64,000 nt of DNA, taken from assembly GCA_028023455.1 (NCBI GenBank), contig JAQFVV010000003.1, forward strand, positions 13,764,001 through 13,828,000, given 5' to 3'. This document shows, one piece after another, positions 13,114-27,434 of the stretch (the stretch's first letter is position 1; each line of letters opens with the position of its first letter). The position numbers and the translations under genes were made by a program. The DNA is from Epiperipatus broadwayi (Eukaryota > Animalia > Onychophora). The notes below the pieces were generated by a model that saw only the letters and a list, made by a program, of their open reading frames with translations, was not told where the DNA came from and ran no database searches.

Positions 13114-13311
13114 TTAATCATCATCATCCATTGAGCTAGTTCCTTGGTGCATAGTCATGTACCGTCGATATATGTCATCCATGGATTTGATCTGAGCTCG
13201 TGAGTTGGGTTTGAATTCAGTTTGAACCGCCTGAGTTTGAATCCGACTTTGAGTTTGGGTTTGTTGATGTGTTAGCTTCTTTTTGACCGGTACAATATAT
13301 TCAGTAGATGA
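13114..13311 (-). other. Start-less 65-codon reading frame rich in QTQ/TQT motifs (possible C-terminal gene fragment)
   Basis: Reads SSTEYIVPVKKKLTHQQTQTQSRIQTQAVQTEFKPNSRAQIKSMDDIYRRYMTMHQGTSSMDDDD, then TAA TGA. The 5' end runs into the tandem array. Confidence 0.3.
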
Positions 13312-14030
13312 TTACTGAGAAATCAAGATAATATTGTACAAAATTTTCTAAAAAAAATATGAGTAAATTTAAAAAATTGTTAAAAGCGATACATTTCCAA
13401 AAAAAAAAACAAAAAAACACGACGCCATTGACGGTTTCAGATATTTCAATATTATGAAGATTTTTAATAATAAATAAAATGTAGAATATATTCAGTACAT
13501 GATTATTGAGAAATCAAGGTAATATTGTAGTGAAATTCAAACAAATATTGGACAAAATTTAAACAAAAAAAATACGAGTAAATCTACAATTTTTTAAAAA
13601 TGATGCAATTCCAAAAAAAACAAACAAACAGCAAAGACGATGCCATTGACCATGGTTTTCATCTTGCAATATTATGGAAGATTTTTAGCAATAAATAATA
13701 GTATATATTCAGTAGATGATTATTGAGAAATCAGGGTAATGTTGTAGTGAAATTCAAACAAATATTATACAAAATTTAAACAAAATAAAATAAGATTTTT
13801 TTTTTTAAAAAAAAGAGTAAATCTACAATTTTTTAAAGATGATGCATTTCCAAAAAAAAAAAACAGCAAAGGCAATGCCATTGCCCATGATTTTAATATT
13901 GCAAGATTTTAAACAAAAAATGTAGAATATATTCAGTACATGATTATTGAGAAATGAAGATAATATTGTAGTGAATACCTTGCAATGAAATTCAAAAAAT
14001 ATTGCAAGATTTTAAAATCATCTAAGAAAC
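13299..14030. repeat. Tandem array of ~190-220-bp units (about 4 units)
   Basis: tattcagta(g/c)atgatta(c/t)tgagaaat recurs at ~13299, 13490, 13708 and 13931. Confidence 0.9.
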
Positions 14031-14039
14031 TTTTTATAC

Positions 14040-14805
14040 AAATATAAAACTCAACCCTAATTTCAAATTACTCCCCCCCTTTTTAAATCTTATCTAAAAA
14101 CCCATCTCAAAACCACATTCCTAAACTATATCTTTTTTTAAAAAATGTATATGAAACAAATATAAACATCTTTTTTTAAAAAACTTTAACAATTTACTTA
14201 AACCTATTTAAACATTCATTTTTAATTATACATTATTTTATGTTCCTTATCCACTCCATTAATTCTATTTAAAATAGGATATTTTTTTTATGTAAATATA
14301 TTTCTTTATCATCCTTTCCTTGTAATTTTTAACCTTTTCCAACATTTTAATATTAAATTCTTTAAGCTCTAAAACTTTACAATGTATGTAAACATTTGAA
14401 TTTTTATCATATAAATGTTTATGTTCTAAAGAAAAATTATTTATAAAAAAAATTAATAATATAAAAGAGGAAAGTATAAAAAATAATTAACCAGTTAAAG
14501 TTATTGCTAAATTGTGTGATAAAAATATTAAAAGAATAATAAAGAAGAGAAATAATAGGAAAGATATAAATAATTTTATATATAATAGTTATAATATTTC
14601 AAGAGATACTTTTATGAAGATTAAAAAGATTACAAAACATATAAATAATAAATACAAGAGGGGAAGTGGGTTAATTATTAAACCAGTATATAAAAATAAA
14701 TTGAATTTAGGAAATTTAATTAATGAAACAAAAAATATTGAAACTGTAAGAGGGAGGGGAAAAGATTTCATATATTGGTACAACAAAGAATACATTAAAA
14801 ACTAG
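14040..14805. mobile_element. Penelope-like element remnant with internal inversion
   Basis: Minus ~14240-14400 reads KEFNIKMLEKVKNYKERMIKKYIYIKK (PLE GIY-YIG C-terminus). Plus 14512-14805 reads ...IIKPVYKNKLNLGNLINETK (RT-EN linker-like). Confidence 0.55.
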
Positions 14806-14809
14806 ACTT

Positions 14810-16050
14810 AGGTGCCATTGAACATGCAGCATAGGTCATGAATACCTATAAGCTTTTTGATACATAGTTTTGGCATTATTTTAAGGTTCAAACTCAGATT
14901 ATTTACTTCTGGGTAAACCCTTTTTAAATTGCTTTTAGTTGTCAGTTGGTTCACTTTTGTCACTGCAAGTTCTAAGTAACTGAACCAGTTATGGCCTAAT
15001 AAATTGTATTCACCTGATGCTACAACCAGCAGTAGATATAGTCTTATTAGGCATTGTAATTTTGACTTTTGTCTGTTCCAAGAGTTTATTTGATTGCCCT
15101 GGTAACCAATTATTGATTTGGTGCTAGGATGCAGATGAAATTTGTTACTTTTGTTAGTGATAGATCAGGTCGTTTGACACCATGGACACTGCAGACCCTG
15201 TATCCAGTTCCATTGTGACTGGAGTATCATAATAATAACTCTGTTTGAAAACAATCACTATTTTTCATATTATTTATGTGGGCATTTTGTTTTTTGACTT
15301 TAAATTATCTTTTTTTGTTTTTTGGAATGGATTCATCCGTTCTATTGTTAGCTACTTATTGCTTCATTTTAAAACAAGCAGTTCTTGTATAACTGACATG
15401 CTTGCAATATGTATATACAGTATAGAGGTGTGGACATTTTGTGTGTGCATGCATTAATTCATTACACCTGTCACAATGCTTTCTACCCATTGTTGTTGAC
15501 TTATTTGAACTGTCAGATGAGTGCATCACCTTGAATATTATAATTAATTTTTTTTAATGGCTTTGTTTGACTAGCTGTTGATTCTGCTAGTGTTGCTTAA
15601 GACAAAACCAATTCAAAGTTTATGTCAGGATTTATTAGTATCTTGACTCTAAGATTATGATTGTTTATTCCATAGAAACGATCTCAAAGATCTTCATTAA
15701 GAAAGTTGTTAAAATTGCATTTTGAACGAATTCTAACAGCAAAATCTGTAGCTTTTCCTCCTTCCCCTTGGATATAAAGATTGAAATAATATCTCTGCAC
15801 TATTGTTAGGGGTTTAGGAGTAAAAATAGTGAGTAGAGATGCCTTATCAAAATCTAGATCAGCCAATATCTCTGTGATTTAAGGACCTTGTAATCCTGCA
15901 GTCCAATTATCGATATAAGCATGGCTATTTTTCACTCAGGACTTTTGATTTGATTAGCATGCAAATAAAAGATTATTCAATCTTTATAGCTTGGCCAATT
16001 CTCTGGGTAGGCTGGATCGAATGCTTCTATTGATCCAATATTAGCCATTC
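14810..16050 (-). mobile_element. Decayed Ty3/Gypsy gag-protease fragment
   Basis: Gag start MANIGSIEAFDPAYPENWPSYKD; FTPKPLTIVQRYYFN..QGEG..DFAVRIRSKCNF..FLNEDL; knuckle CDRCNELMHAHTKCP; protease MELDTGSAVS (~15170-15220); LLGHNW. Multiple stops and frameshifts. Confidence 0.88.
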
Positions 16051-18699
16051 TGTTATTTTTCTACTCTTCACATCGTGAGAGAAAATTTTTTTAAATTTAT
16101 GTGAGTCATCACTCAAAATGATCTTTTAATGGTCATTTGATGAGCTACTATTTATGTAATTTGTCAATTTCCTATAAAAACAAAATCTATCAACCCACTG
16201 GGACAAGTGTTTATCTTTAATCTAAGAGTAACCACTCTCAATTTATTTTACAAAATGTTACTGACACATCCATGGGGAAATTTTTATTTTGTCAATCTGC
16301 ACCAAATCTATTGTGTTTAATCTGGATTACACATATAAACACAAACAAGTATACATACATTTTAAAACAATATATTTATTACAGAATATATATATACACA
16401 TATTTACAATATTTACTGATTAAGTAATAATGATAGCTATACTTCACCTGCTACTATCTAGTGAGGTATAGCTACTGTTTCTGATATGAACTGTTGAAGA
16501 GGGGACTGTATATATCCTTATAGATTTCTTTACCCACTTCCAGCTGTACTTGACAGCTTGATTTGAATTGGCTTTGGTTATGGCAGCTTCTGGTCCTAAA
16601 ACCAGGACTTGCCTTGCTGTGTTACCCATTAACTTAAATAGCTATAGTCTGGAATGACCACTGCTGTTCAGATTATCAGGAATTTCCATCGACCATATAT
16701 GAAGAACTAAGCTACTGTTATTCAGGTTTAACAGTTGTTCTTTGGAGAACACATACTGCCTTCCAGGTTTGCTAGTTGTTCTCTGCCTTACCTTCAAAAA
16801 GGCTGCTATTTATTGTCAGATTCCCAACCTTAATGGAAACATTTGGACTCAGTGATCATCATTGCCTATTGACCTGTTTTTGCCATTGGCTGTGCATTAT
16901 CTTCATATAAACACATCAACTAATAACAATGAATTCTCAATCCAATTGTGATAAGAAAGGAATTTGGACTAGTTCATTATCTGAAAGCAAAGTGAGATAT
17001 GATAAGTATTTAAAAGCCTTTATTTGGTTACTTGATTTTTAATTTCAATTAAAAAAAATACTGCAGATTGAAGGGTTAAAGATCTGCAGAAGTACAATGC
17101 TGTTGTTCTTAACCAGAGATGCTGGTTTCAGCATGTTTAAGTTGAGACAACACATCAGCAGTTATTTTAGCTAAAATTATATACTAAAACCTCATATGCT
17201 GACCTGAGAATGTTTTCAGGGTTTTTTTTCTAAAAACTTGTTTTGTTTAATTTTATACACAAATTTGTCAACTGAGTTTATATTGATAGACAATATATAT
17301 TTTAGCCCCCTACCCGCCATCATTTTTTAATGGGTTATGGCTAATACAGTAAATTTTTTTTTAAAAAAAAACTGAACTAGTTTTCAGTTAAGTGTTGAAA
17401 ATTTTCATTTCATTTAGAAATAAAAATTCTGTTTTTACCATATATTTTAAATTAAACTATTATCAAAAAATAGTAATTTTTTTTTTATAGTAAATAAATA
17501 AATACTAAAATGTCCTCCTTAAGAAAAAGTGCCAATTTGGAGAATTTCCAAAATTAAGCTTTGCCAAGTGTTTTTTTTCTTCTTTTAACTACAGAAACAG
17601 GTACATTTCATTTATTTTTGATCTTTTTGACAGGAGTACAGCATTTATATTTCATGTACTGAACAAGAACCCTCAAAATGTTATGTATATATAAAATTAT
17701 ATTAGATATACTTTAAAATCAAGTATTTATCTGAAGTGGATAGTATCAAATATATGAATACAAAAAATTTACAGTTGTAGATGAAATTATAATAATAAAA
17801 TTGCATGTGTGTAATTACAATTCTAATACAGAAAGTCATTAAAAAAAGTAATCAAATAATTCATCACTCATGATATCATATGACATTCAAGAATTAGAAA
17901 TGACAAAGTTGATCTTTGACCCAGGAATTTTAATTTGAATCCATCACCCTATCATTTCATTAAAATATGTAGAGAAAAGAGATTTATACACCATAATGGA
18001 TGAAATAAAGAATAAAAAAGTTATAATATAAAACATCAAGATTTTTTTGATTTATTCAATATATGTTTTTACCAACAGTAATCACCCTATTTTCTATTGT
18101 TCATTGATTATTCAAGATTACAATAAATCGTTTTGGAGTAAATAGTGATTAGGACTAAAAATATAATAAAAAAATAATGCAATCTCTTTTTATAATAATG
18201 CAACTAATTGTCAACAGTCTATTATAGAGTGAGATAAACCACTATATATCCAATGTAGAATGCAATTTATAAATGATTTTGCAGTATATGAATGTACCAT
18301 GACTTGTATAATAAGTTTATTTATTTTTTAGACTGTATACAAAGAACATACTCTTAGTGAAATTTAAATTATGTACAATGCTTATTTAATTTCTTTTATT
18401 CATTCACATAATTTTTTTTTTCATTGAGATAGATTTAGATAGCACTAGTCAGTCAACTTCAGTTTTGATATTTTTTGAAAACAGCAACAAAAAGTAAAAT
18501 TCATTTAATAAAAATATGCTTCAGTCAATAATAGATAAAATAGAAGTTTACAGAACAATAACTCATATTTATTTAAAAAAATTCAGTATCATAATTACAG
18601 AATATTGTAAATATAATAGTTGTAAATATATACTGTGACTATTTAATATTTTCAACTATTATCAATTGTTAGCTTATTCCAATATATTGTTTCAGCAAG

Positions 18700-18950
18700 T
18701 TTTGTTATCTCATCCACCCATCTCATATGCAGTCTCTTAAAATTTATTGTAATCTAGTTTAGTATTTCAATTGCCTGTTTATTATAATCTCTTCTAAAAA
18801 CATGACCAATTCAACTCTACTTCAGTCTTTTAGTTATCTACATTTTGTTTCCAATCATTCTTTGTTAATCACAACACACATATCTTCATGATTTTCTACA
18901 TGACTAGAAGTCTCTGAATTGTCTTTAAGCATTGGAATTTCAAATTTATA
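18700..18950 (-). mobile_element. RTE LINE 3' remnant
   Basis: Decayed WIGHV-like motif on the minus strand near 18805. Confidence 0.35.
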
Positions 18951-20599
18951 AATTATATGTAGTATATATTAAGACTATAACCTTAAGACTATGTGCCTAG
19001 ATGCGACAATAGGGACCTCTACAAATCTTAACACAAGATTAATGATTTTAAAAGACAAGAGCTGCCATTCTTATCTTTGACCTACTTTTTAATTATATAG
19101 GCGAATCTAAAGCATTTTGATTTGAGAGCGTGAAGCTATTAACTGAGTATGCACTTAACAAATTATTAATTACAAACTATATGTAGATAAATGTCCCTTT
19201 AATCTTTCCATTCAGTATTGAATGCTAAACATATATTTTTAATTTTTTGATATTAGATGTGCATTCCAGGTTTTTGGCAGCTCTCTCTTTTTTGCTCTGT
19301 CATTTGCTGCATTTATTCGTGATTAATACTTGTAAATTGTAGTTATAGTTTTAGTCAATAGAAGAAGGCTACAATATTAGGGATGAAAAAGTGATGTACA
19401 TAACTGAAAAAAAAAATTCTGGTGATATTAATGCAACTATAATCATGCAATTTTCAACTTAGCTTTTTTTTTTTGATAAAAATTTGGTACAAATCTCTAC
19501 TGAGACTACTTAAAAAATATACTTTTGAAAATTTATGATTTGAGACAAAACTAACAACAAAAGTGCTTTATATTTGCTTTTAATCAATATTGAATTCTCA
19601 ATTACAAAAAATAAATTCCAAGTTTCACTTGGATTCAACCCACAGGCCATGGCATGTCATGCAAAATATACTAGCCACTTCACTATAATGTTCTGCTATT
19701 ATATATATAGAAGAAAATTTTAAGGAGGAAATTATAACACTGATTTCCATTTATTTGTTATTAAAAAAAAACATATTTCTATTAGAAATGCTTGGCAACT
19801 TTTTTATTTATTTACTGGAAACAAATAAATCATTTCAATAACCATTTATAATTTTTTTTTTTTTAAAAAAAACTATTTATAAAAAATTAAAATTACTACA
19901 TTAATATATATTAATTTTAAACAATATATAATTAATATTAAATAATTTTAAAATTACAAGCAACATTTTAAAATACAACATTATATCCTTAATATATATC
20001 ATATTAAAATGCACTCAATAAAATTACGAAAATAAGACATAATGCTATAACAAATTATATAAAAAAAATGAAAATAGACTATAATCATATGTTATGGATT
20101 GTTAGGAATAATTTGATTTTTACAGCCATCACCTGTTGTGGCAGAAAATTTTATTCACATATGTTAACATTATTATGAATGAGTTCGTTTAGTCATTAGT
20201 TAATAACTTATTAATTAATTAAGTTATAAAATGATAAATACAGTAATAAAATTCTGAAATTTCGACTGTGGCAATACAAAATTCACAGAACTAATTTTAA
20301 GGAAATCTCCATCTGATGTGCAAAGGCCCAACATCATCAATTGTAAATCAAAATAAACTTGAATCTTATTTATATTAAGCATATTTTACTTGTTTTATTG
20401 TGAAGACTAAAGCATGGAATAATTACAATTATTAAATTTAATACATTTTGTAATTGGTGATATTGGGGCTCAGCATAGGAATTTCTTTAAAATTTATTGT
20501 CATATTTTACAATTTAGAATTTGGTTATTTTATATAAAATCATTTTCAAACATTATTGATCTACTGCAGGATGAAAATATCTAAGTTCAATCCAATTTC

Positions 20600-22880
20600 T
20601 CTGATTCATAATTTTTCTTGTCCACATCACACCAGCAAACTTTTTTGTTTCATTTATCCTATCCCATATATGATCTTTCTACAATCTCTTGAAATCTGAT
20701 TTAAGACTTCATCTATCCATTTATTATCATCTCTTCTAGCAATATGTTCAGATCAGCTTCATTTCAGTCTTTTTTTTTTTTTAAAATTATTTCAATAATG
20801 TTAATGACATTTGTTTGTTCTCTCAACCATGTATTCTATTTTTGATCTCTTCTTGTTACACCTAACATATATCTCTCCATAATTCAATGAGTGGTCTAAA
20901 GTCTCTGTATAGCTATTCTGTTAAGTATCCAAGTCTCAGATTATTAACATATATTTAAAACTTTCATCTTCAAACATGCAGGAAATTTCTTTTTAATATG
21001 AAAAACAATTTTACCAAAAGCATCCCATTCAAGTTTAATTTTATGATTAATTTCATTAATTATGTTTGCATCTGTTTTGACAATTCATGATTATCAGTCA
21101 TTATTTTCTTCTGAGAAAAGCCATTGAATATTAGAATTTATCTTTAGTCCTACTTTCATCTGATAATTCTTGCAACATTTCCTGACATATTTTTTAAAAA
21201 CAATTACATCATCTGCAAAATCTAGATGACTTAAATAATCGTCAATTATTTTTATTATCTCAGTTTCCCACCTTAATCCACAAAATACTTCTTAAGTTGC
21301 TACAAAAAAATTTGGAGATATAAAATCACACTATCAAAAAGTCATCTCAATGTTAATCTTTTTAATATTGCTATGTACTCTAATCATTGCAGTTGCATTC
21401 TGATAAATATCTTCAGAATATGACAATATACAGGTCTATATGTTAATGATCCAAAGCATTAATCACCATAGAAATGCCTATAGAATCAAATGCGTTTCAT
21501 AATCTACAAATTCAAAACATAAATGGCAATTCATATTCATCGATCCTTTCTATAACTTCTCTCAAAACTTAAATGTAATCCATTCTGCTAAAATCACTTT
21601 TAAATCAAGCATGTTCTTTTGATTGGTTAAAGATGAGCTGATTTTGGTAAAGATTTTGTACAGAATTGAGAGAAGATTGATAAGTTTGTAATTTCTAATA
21701 ACTTCTTTATCACCATTCTTAAGTTTCAATATTACTGTAGCATTGGCGACAATTTTTATATTTTTTATCAACTTATTTTAAAATATTAATAATTTTTCCA
21801 TCATTTTTTGAAACTTTTTCCTTCTTTATAGATTTAATTGCATATCTCATTTTAATTCAGAAATAATAACTATAGAGGATATTTTGTTTTTTGTTCTTTA
21901 TTACTATATACTTCTTTATAGAACTCTTTCATACATTTCATGATGTCATTTCTCTTTTTACTAATAGTTCTATTTTTTCTCCTTATTATTTAAACAATTT
22001 TTCTTCCAATATTAAATTGCTGTTTTACACTTCTGAGACTTTTCTTCTTTTCTGGAGTTTTTCTTGCCAATTCACAATTATATTTTCTTATATCATTAGC
22101 TTTTTTTTCATACTGTTTACAGAACTCTAGATATTAATTTTAAAGGATAACTCTTGAAACATTTCATATTTCTTCTTTTCTTTATCATCTCAGTAAAAAA
22201 TTGATTGGAAATTGCTACATTCTTTATATCAGTTATCTTCCTTGCAGTTCTCAATAGAGTATTTTCATATTTATTTCAGTCAAATTTGAACAATCTTCAA
22301 AATCTATTAAAATTTTAAAACGATTTGCAACTTCTAATTGAAATTCATTGGAATGTTTCTAAAGATTAGGAACATTAACTGTTAATACTGTTTTGTTATT
22401 AAATAGTTTTTATCTTTTTAGTTTTGCATTAATATTTCAGTAATTGATGATTATTTCCTGTGCTTTTTAAAATCTATTAAGAACATTACAATTTTGAAAT
22501 ATATATTTTCTGCTTCAAAATATAATCTAATTCTGATGTACATTTCCCCAAAGAAAGAATACATAATATACGTTTTTACCTTTCACTCCATAAGTCTATC
22601 TACCTTCTCATTTCTGTCATCATAATCAAATTTATCCACAGCACATTCATCTTTCAATTATTTACTAATTCAAATATTTAAGTATGCCACAACAATGTTA
22701 AATATTATTTGGTCTGATAAAAGCATTTTGTATATTTTGTAAAAATCCTCTACTTCATCACAATATCTTGTTGGCCATAAACTTGAATTATGTGCATATG
22801 GTATCTTCTGATAATTTGAATACTAATTTTGCCACTCTAGCTGATATACCATCAATACATAATTTTAAATAAATATCTTA
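20600..22880 (-). mobile_element. Decayed RTE-clade LINE (endonuclease + RT)
   Basis: KNGDKEVIRNYKLINLLSILYKIFTKI (21562-21771 ORF) corresponds to the RTE KKGD..NYRPISLL..YK motif. Endonuclease traces lie near 22.7-22.9 kb. Boundaries are approximate. Confidence 0.85.
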
Positions 22881-24465
22881 ATTAAATAATGAGCTATAGT
22901 TATTAGAAGGTCCTTAAATACTTTTCATAATAATATTACAAGTATAATTCTGTAATGTGTTAATTACGTAACTATATATATTTAAATTAACTTTTTATTT
23001 AAAACAGCATTTTTTTTAGCAATCTGAACAATTGACTAGTGATGGAATACATCATTGAATATTTTAAAGATTTTTACAATCAGACAAGAAAAAATATAAT
23101 TGTAATAAGGGTAAAGTGAATTAGAATTATAGATAATAATAGCAGGAAAAAACCAGGGGATTAACAGGACAAAATGATACATTGTGATATTTAACATAAT
23201 AATGGAGAGGCAGTCCAAAGATTCCTGTTTAGAATTCCAGTTCAGAAAAAAAATCTCACTTTTGTCTAAGTTATTTCAAGAGCAACCAATCACACAAATT
23301 TCTTATAGTACAAAATGATCAAGACTGATTAGAGTTATTGATCTGATAATCGTAAGAATGATAATTATCATTGGTTTTTAAAACTGTTTAAGACTTTTGC
23401 AAATTTATCAGTGATAATCTAATTGTAGAAATATTGTAAAATGATAGTTTGTGACAAAATTAGATGAATCTGAAAAGACTTATTATTCATGAAGGTATCT
23501 AAGTCTGTAATGTGAGACTTGAGTATAGTAGTGGCAGATGCATAAATGTTGAAGCATTCAGAACATGAAGGTTCACATTTATGTTATTACTATAGATGCA
23601 TATATTAAGAATAAGTTTCGTAAATTTATAAAAAGTTTAAAATAACACATTTTAATGATATAAAAGCTCAATAAATATTTATGATTTTTTAAAATTGATG
23701 ACAGAACAAATTGTGTTGAGAGTAAACAAGCATGGTAACTTATCGATGATAAACGAATAATCCTCTGAAATCTATTTATTCTCCCTGTCTTTAGCAAGAA
23801 CATTTAATACATTGAGAATAATGAAAGTATTATAAATACAGTAAGATAAAAGTAATGAACAGGAGTTACGCAGAAGGTGATTAAGTTCTTGATTATTTGA
23901 AACATTAATTAATTGATGAATAGCAATTGAGATAAAAGAGTAAAACAGATTTTTAATAAAAATAGGATATTTTTATAATGCCCATTAAAATTAAATCAGA
24001 AAAAGGCTTGTTAATATTTTACTTGACTGATTAAAAAAGAAACATGAATTTTAAAAATAAATTAGTTATATCAAAGGAAAGAGAAATTAGATTAAACATA
24101 TACAAAAATAACAATAGAAAAAAGCTGATAATATATTTTTTTAGAAAAAAAAAATTCAAATGCTTGAAGAATAAGACAAAAGATAGAAAGGCTTATAGAA
24201 GGTGATATAGGTGGGCACATTAAATTGAATTTGTATTCAAATTTGAAGTGTATGATAAATTTTGAATGCTTTCTGTAAACTTTGTGTATGTTGAAGATTT
24301 ACATTTGTGGGCCTTATATAAAAAAAAAATAATACTTATTTTCTTAATTTAAATCATACAAGAATGATACCAATCTTCAATTCTAAAAACCATAATGTAA
24401 ACAATAAATAAAAAGAATGAATATTAAATAGCAATTAAACCTGACTTTTCATTTTCTTTTTGTAG

Positions 24466-24574
24466 AATGCTCTGATTTTCAGAAACAGACTCAAAAACTG
24501 TGAACTGGTTACTGAAGTTTAGTTCATATATAATTAAAGTGTATCAAAGTAAGAAATAGATAACAGCAGAGTTG
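24466..24574 (+). ncRNA. Candidate non-coding exon
   Basis: CTGAC branch point (24441), then a polypyrimidine tract ending tttgtAG. Donors GTAAGA (24549) or GTAAGC (24575). All frames are closed. Confidence 0.3.
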
Positions 24575-27268
24575 GTAAGCCTTTTACTCTCTAAACATTG
24601 TTACAAATTGGATATAAAAATTATCCAATCACATTTATTTAATATAAACTTATATATTTCTTGTTGAGAATAGAATTCCTATTGATGGAAACAGAATGCT
24701 GAGTGTTCCTAGATATATATTTCATCTTATAGGCAGTTAACAAACAACCCCCCCCCCCCAACAACAACAACTTGTTTCCAATTATATATAGATGCTAAAG
24801 AATTCGAGTATTAATAAAATAAAATAAAAATTCAGTTTATAAAAAAATAGTTGTACTTAGTACTGGCTGTCAGATTATCAATTAGCATTAAAAATAATTA
24901 GGAACTCTTCTGGTCGATACAGATTTACGAATTATTATGGTCTTAAATCATTTTAAAGAAATTCTTCTTCCTATATAATTAATAACTCAAGCTGCCTTTG
25001 ATAACTAACGTCCACACATAATAACAGCGCACACATCTATACAATTTAATTCATTCAAACAAAGGCATTAAGATATTACTCTATTGCCTTTTAAAAAAAG
25101 CAATTCAATATATATATTTAAAAAAAAGCATCTTAATTTTGTAGATAATGATCTCAATATAGGAATTCAAACACCAAATGTATTTAAATTTTTAAAATGT
25201 TATAAATTTGAAAAATCCGTGCATCATACATAGAGCATGTATTGAGTGTGAATGTGACAAACGGCGTAGTAACTATAAACGTATGATCCTTCTCACAGTG
25301 TCTATTGTGTTTTCTTTTATAGAGTAATTTCAGCGGTAGAAAAGTGCAACTCTGTCACATACCTTACATTCCTCAGCTTAGTTAACTCTGCTTAAAAAAT
25401 TTATAAATTTTAAATATATTTTAGGGAAAGATTAAAGTAAAAAAAATAATGCACTAAACAATCCTGATTGGGTGTCCCTTCCATTACTATTGGCAGCATG
25501 CTCAAATGAGTTGGAAAACTCCCCAAAAAGTTTATATTTATTTTAACAAGATTTGTTACTATGTTCCTGCCACTACTCCAAATTTTAAAAGATGTTCAAC
25601 TGTCAAGCACACAAATGTAAATTTTATTATTACAATAATTTTCTCTCCCTTTTTTAAAAGTGTCAAAAAATTAATTCCTATATTTAAATAAAAAGAAAAA
25701 TCGTGGATGTGACCGCACTATAAATACTTATATATTGCTAATGATTTTTTAAAAGGTACTCAAGACAATATTAAAATTAAAAAATAATATAGTTTAGAAA
25801 TCTTTTGTTTTTTATAAAATGTATCTGATTTTGTTAGGCAATTTATTATTTTAAAATTGTTTATTACAAAAGATATCGACTTTTATTAACTAACTTTATC
25901 ACTATATTATATATTTTCATAAATTTTTTTAACCTCAAACTTAGAAATTAAGCCATTTTTTAATAACAATTCTGATCTTAATTCAAATTTTACCTAGACA
26001 CCAAAACATTTCATTTACGAACATCACTATATATATATTTACCAATCAATCTTGGATAATTAGCTGGGTAGACTAGCTATTGAAAAAAATCCTGAACTTG
26101 CCTGTTCTAAGCCTCCTCTTCAGATTGAACCTTAAATCATAAGCATAGCAAGCGAATACATAACTTCTGCACAAGGAGAATCCATTAATAATAGTAAACG
26201 AATACAATCAAAATAAAAATGTGCACGATTAATAATTTAATATTGAATTAAGATTATTATGCTTTTGCATCCATTAATTTAATACGTACAAAAATATTCT
26301 TGATTTTATTGTTTGAAGTGGAAACATATATATATTAACTTTGTTTTCTTATTTGCATTATTCTCAAGCCAATCATACAAATATTTGTGGAGTTCATTAT
26401 TATGAAATCATATAACTTTCAAACAGCATGTTTGATTATAACATTTTCATTCCGATTGAATACAGAGTAGTTTTAAAAAGTGGCAAAGGGTCATTGTTGA
26501 TTATCAATGTACTGTAGTCGATTTTTCTTAATAAGAAACTTTCACTCACCAGAAAATACTTCTTATTTTTAATAAATCCAATGTCTCAAGAAAGACAAAA
26601 AACCCTTATTTGAGTTCACCACGAAAAATTAAAATGAGACAATCTAATTAACTGTGCTAAGATTCAAATCTTATCTTTTATAATTCAATATTGATCACAC
26701 ACACATGTATATTGAAGCGATATATATGCGCTTCGCATATATCATTCAAAAATTCGTTAATAATTTTTAAACGAAAACTATTAAAATATTTTGTTTATTC
26801 GGCGTAATGTATATGTAGGTATGTGCGCAAATAAAATACCTTAAGCCGACTTTAAAGAATTTAAACAAAGTTTATAAAATAGTTTAATAAATACTAGATG
26901 CAAAGTTATTTAACAATCAGGTGGGTGATCATGACATTATTTTTAATTTAGCAATAATCAGATCGGTTAATTAAAATATTGATATCTTATCCTTATCTAG
27001 CCAAAATATTATTTTTGGTTAAATCATAATCCATTTTTAAAGCTAATTCTTGTGAAATTTGTGATTGGTCAGTAAGCCTCCGACTGCAGAGAAGTATGAA
27101 ATTGAACCACGATGAAAAGTGATTAGATAGATAAGGCAATTCAGTGGACGATAAAAGGGTTCTCTCAGGAAATCAATATTCATTATCATTCTTTAATATT
27201 ATTACAATCTAATAGCAAAAATAGAAATAAAGGAAAAGTAGAAAAATATACTGTCTGCTCCACTCTAG

Positions 27269-27434
27269 CCAAGCCAGCTGAGAGTGGGCTTTGTTCCATT
27301 GTGAAGTTCAGATAAGCTGCCGTGATGTATTATAATGCCACTCCAAGTGAATTGTATGCCACTCAAATTAAAACATTTCCTATAGCTTTGGGGAAGAGAC
27401 CAGCCATAATTTAGTAAGAGATAAAGGCCACTCA
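27269..27434 (+). ncRNA. Candidate non-coding exon
   Basis: GC-richer island after the acceptor ctgtctgctccactctAG. Tandem donors GTAAGA at 27414 and 27435. All plus frames are closed. Confidence 0.3.

Noticed and set aside
16444-16629. 61-aa ORF as a host exon
   Set aside because: At best a weak resemblance to a post-RNase H LINE region, with no consistent splice phase.
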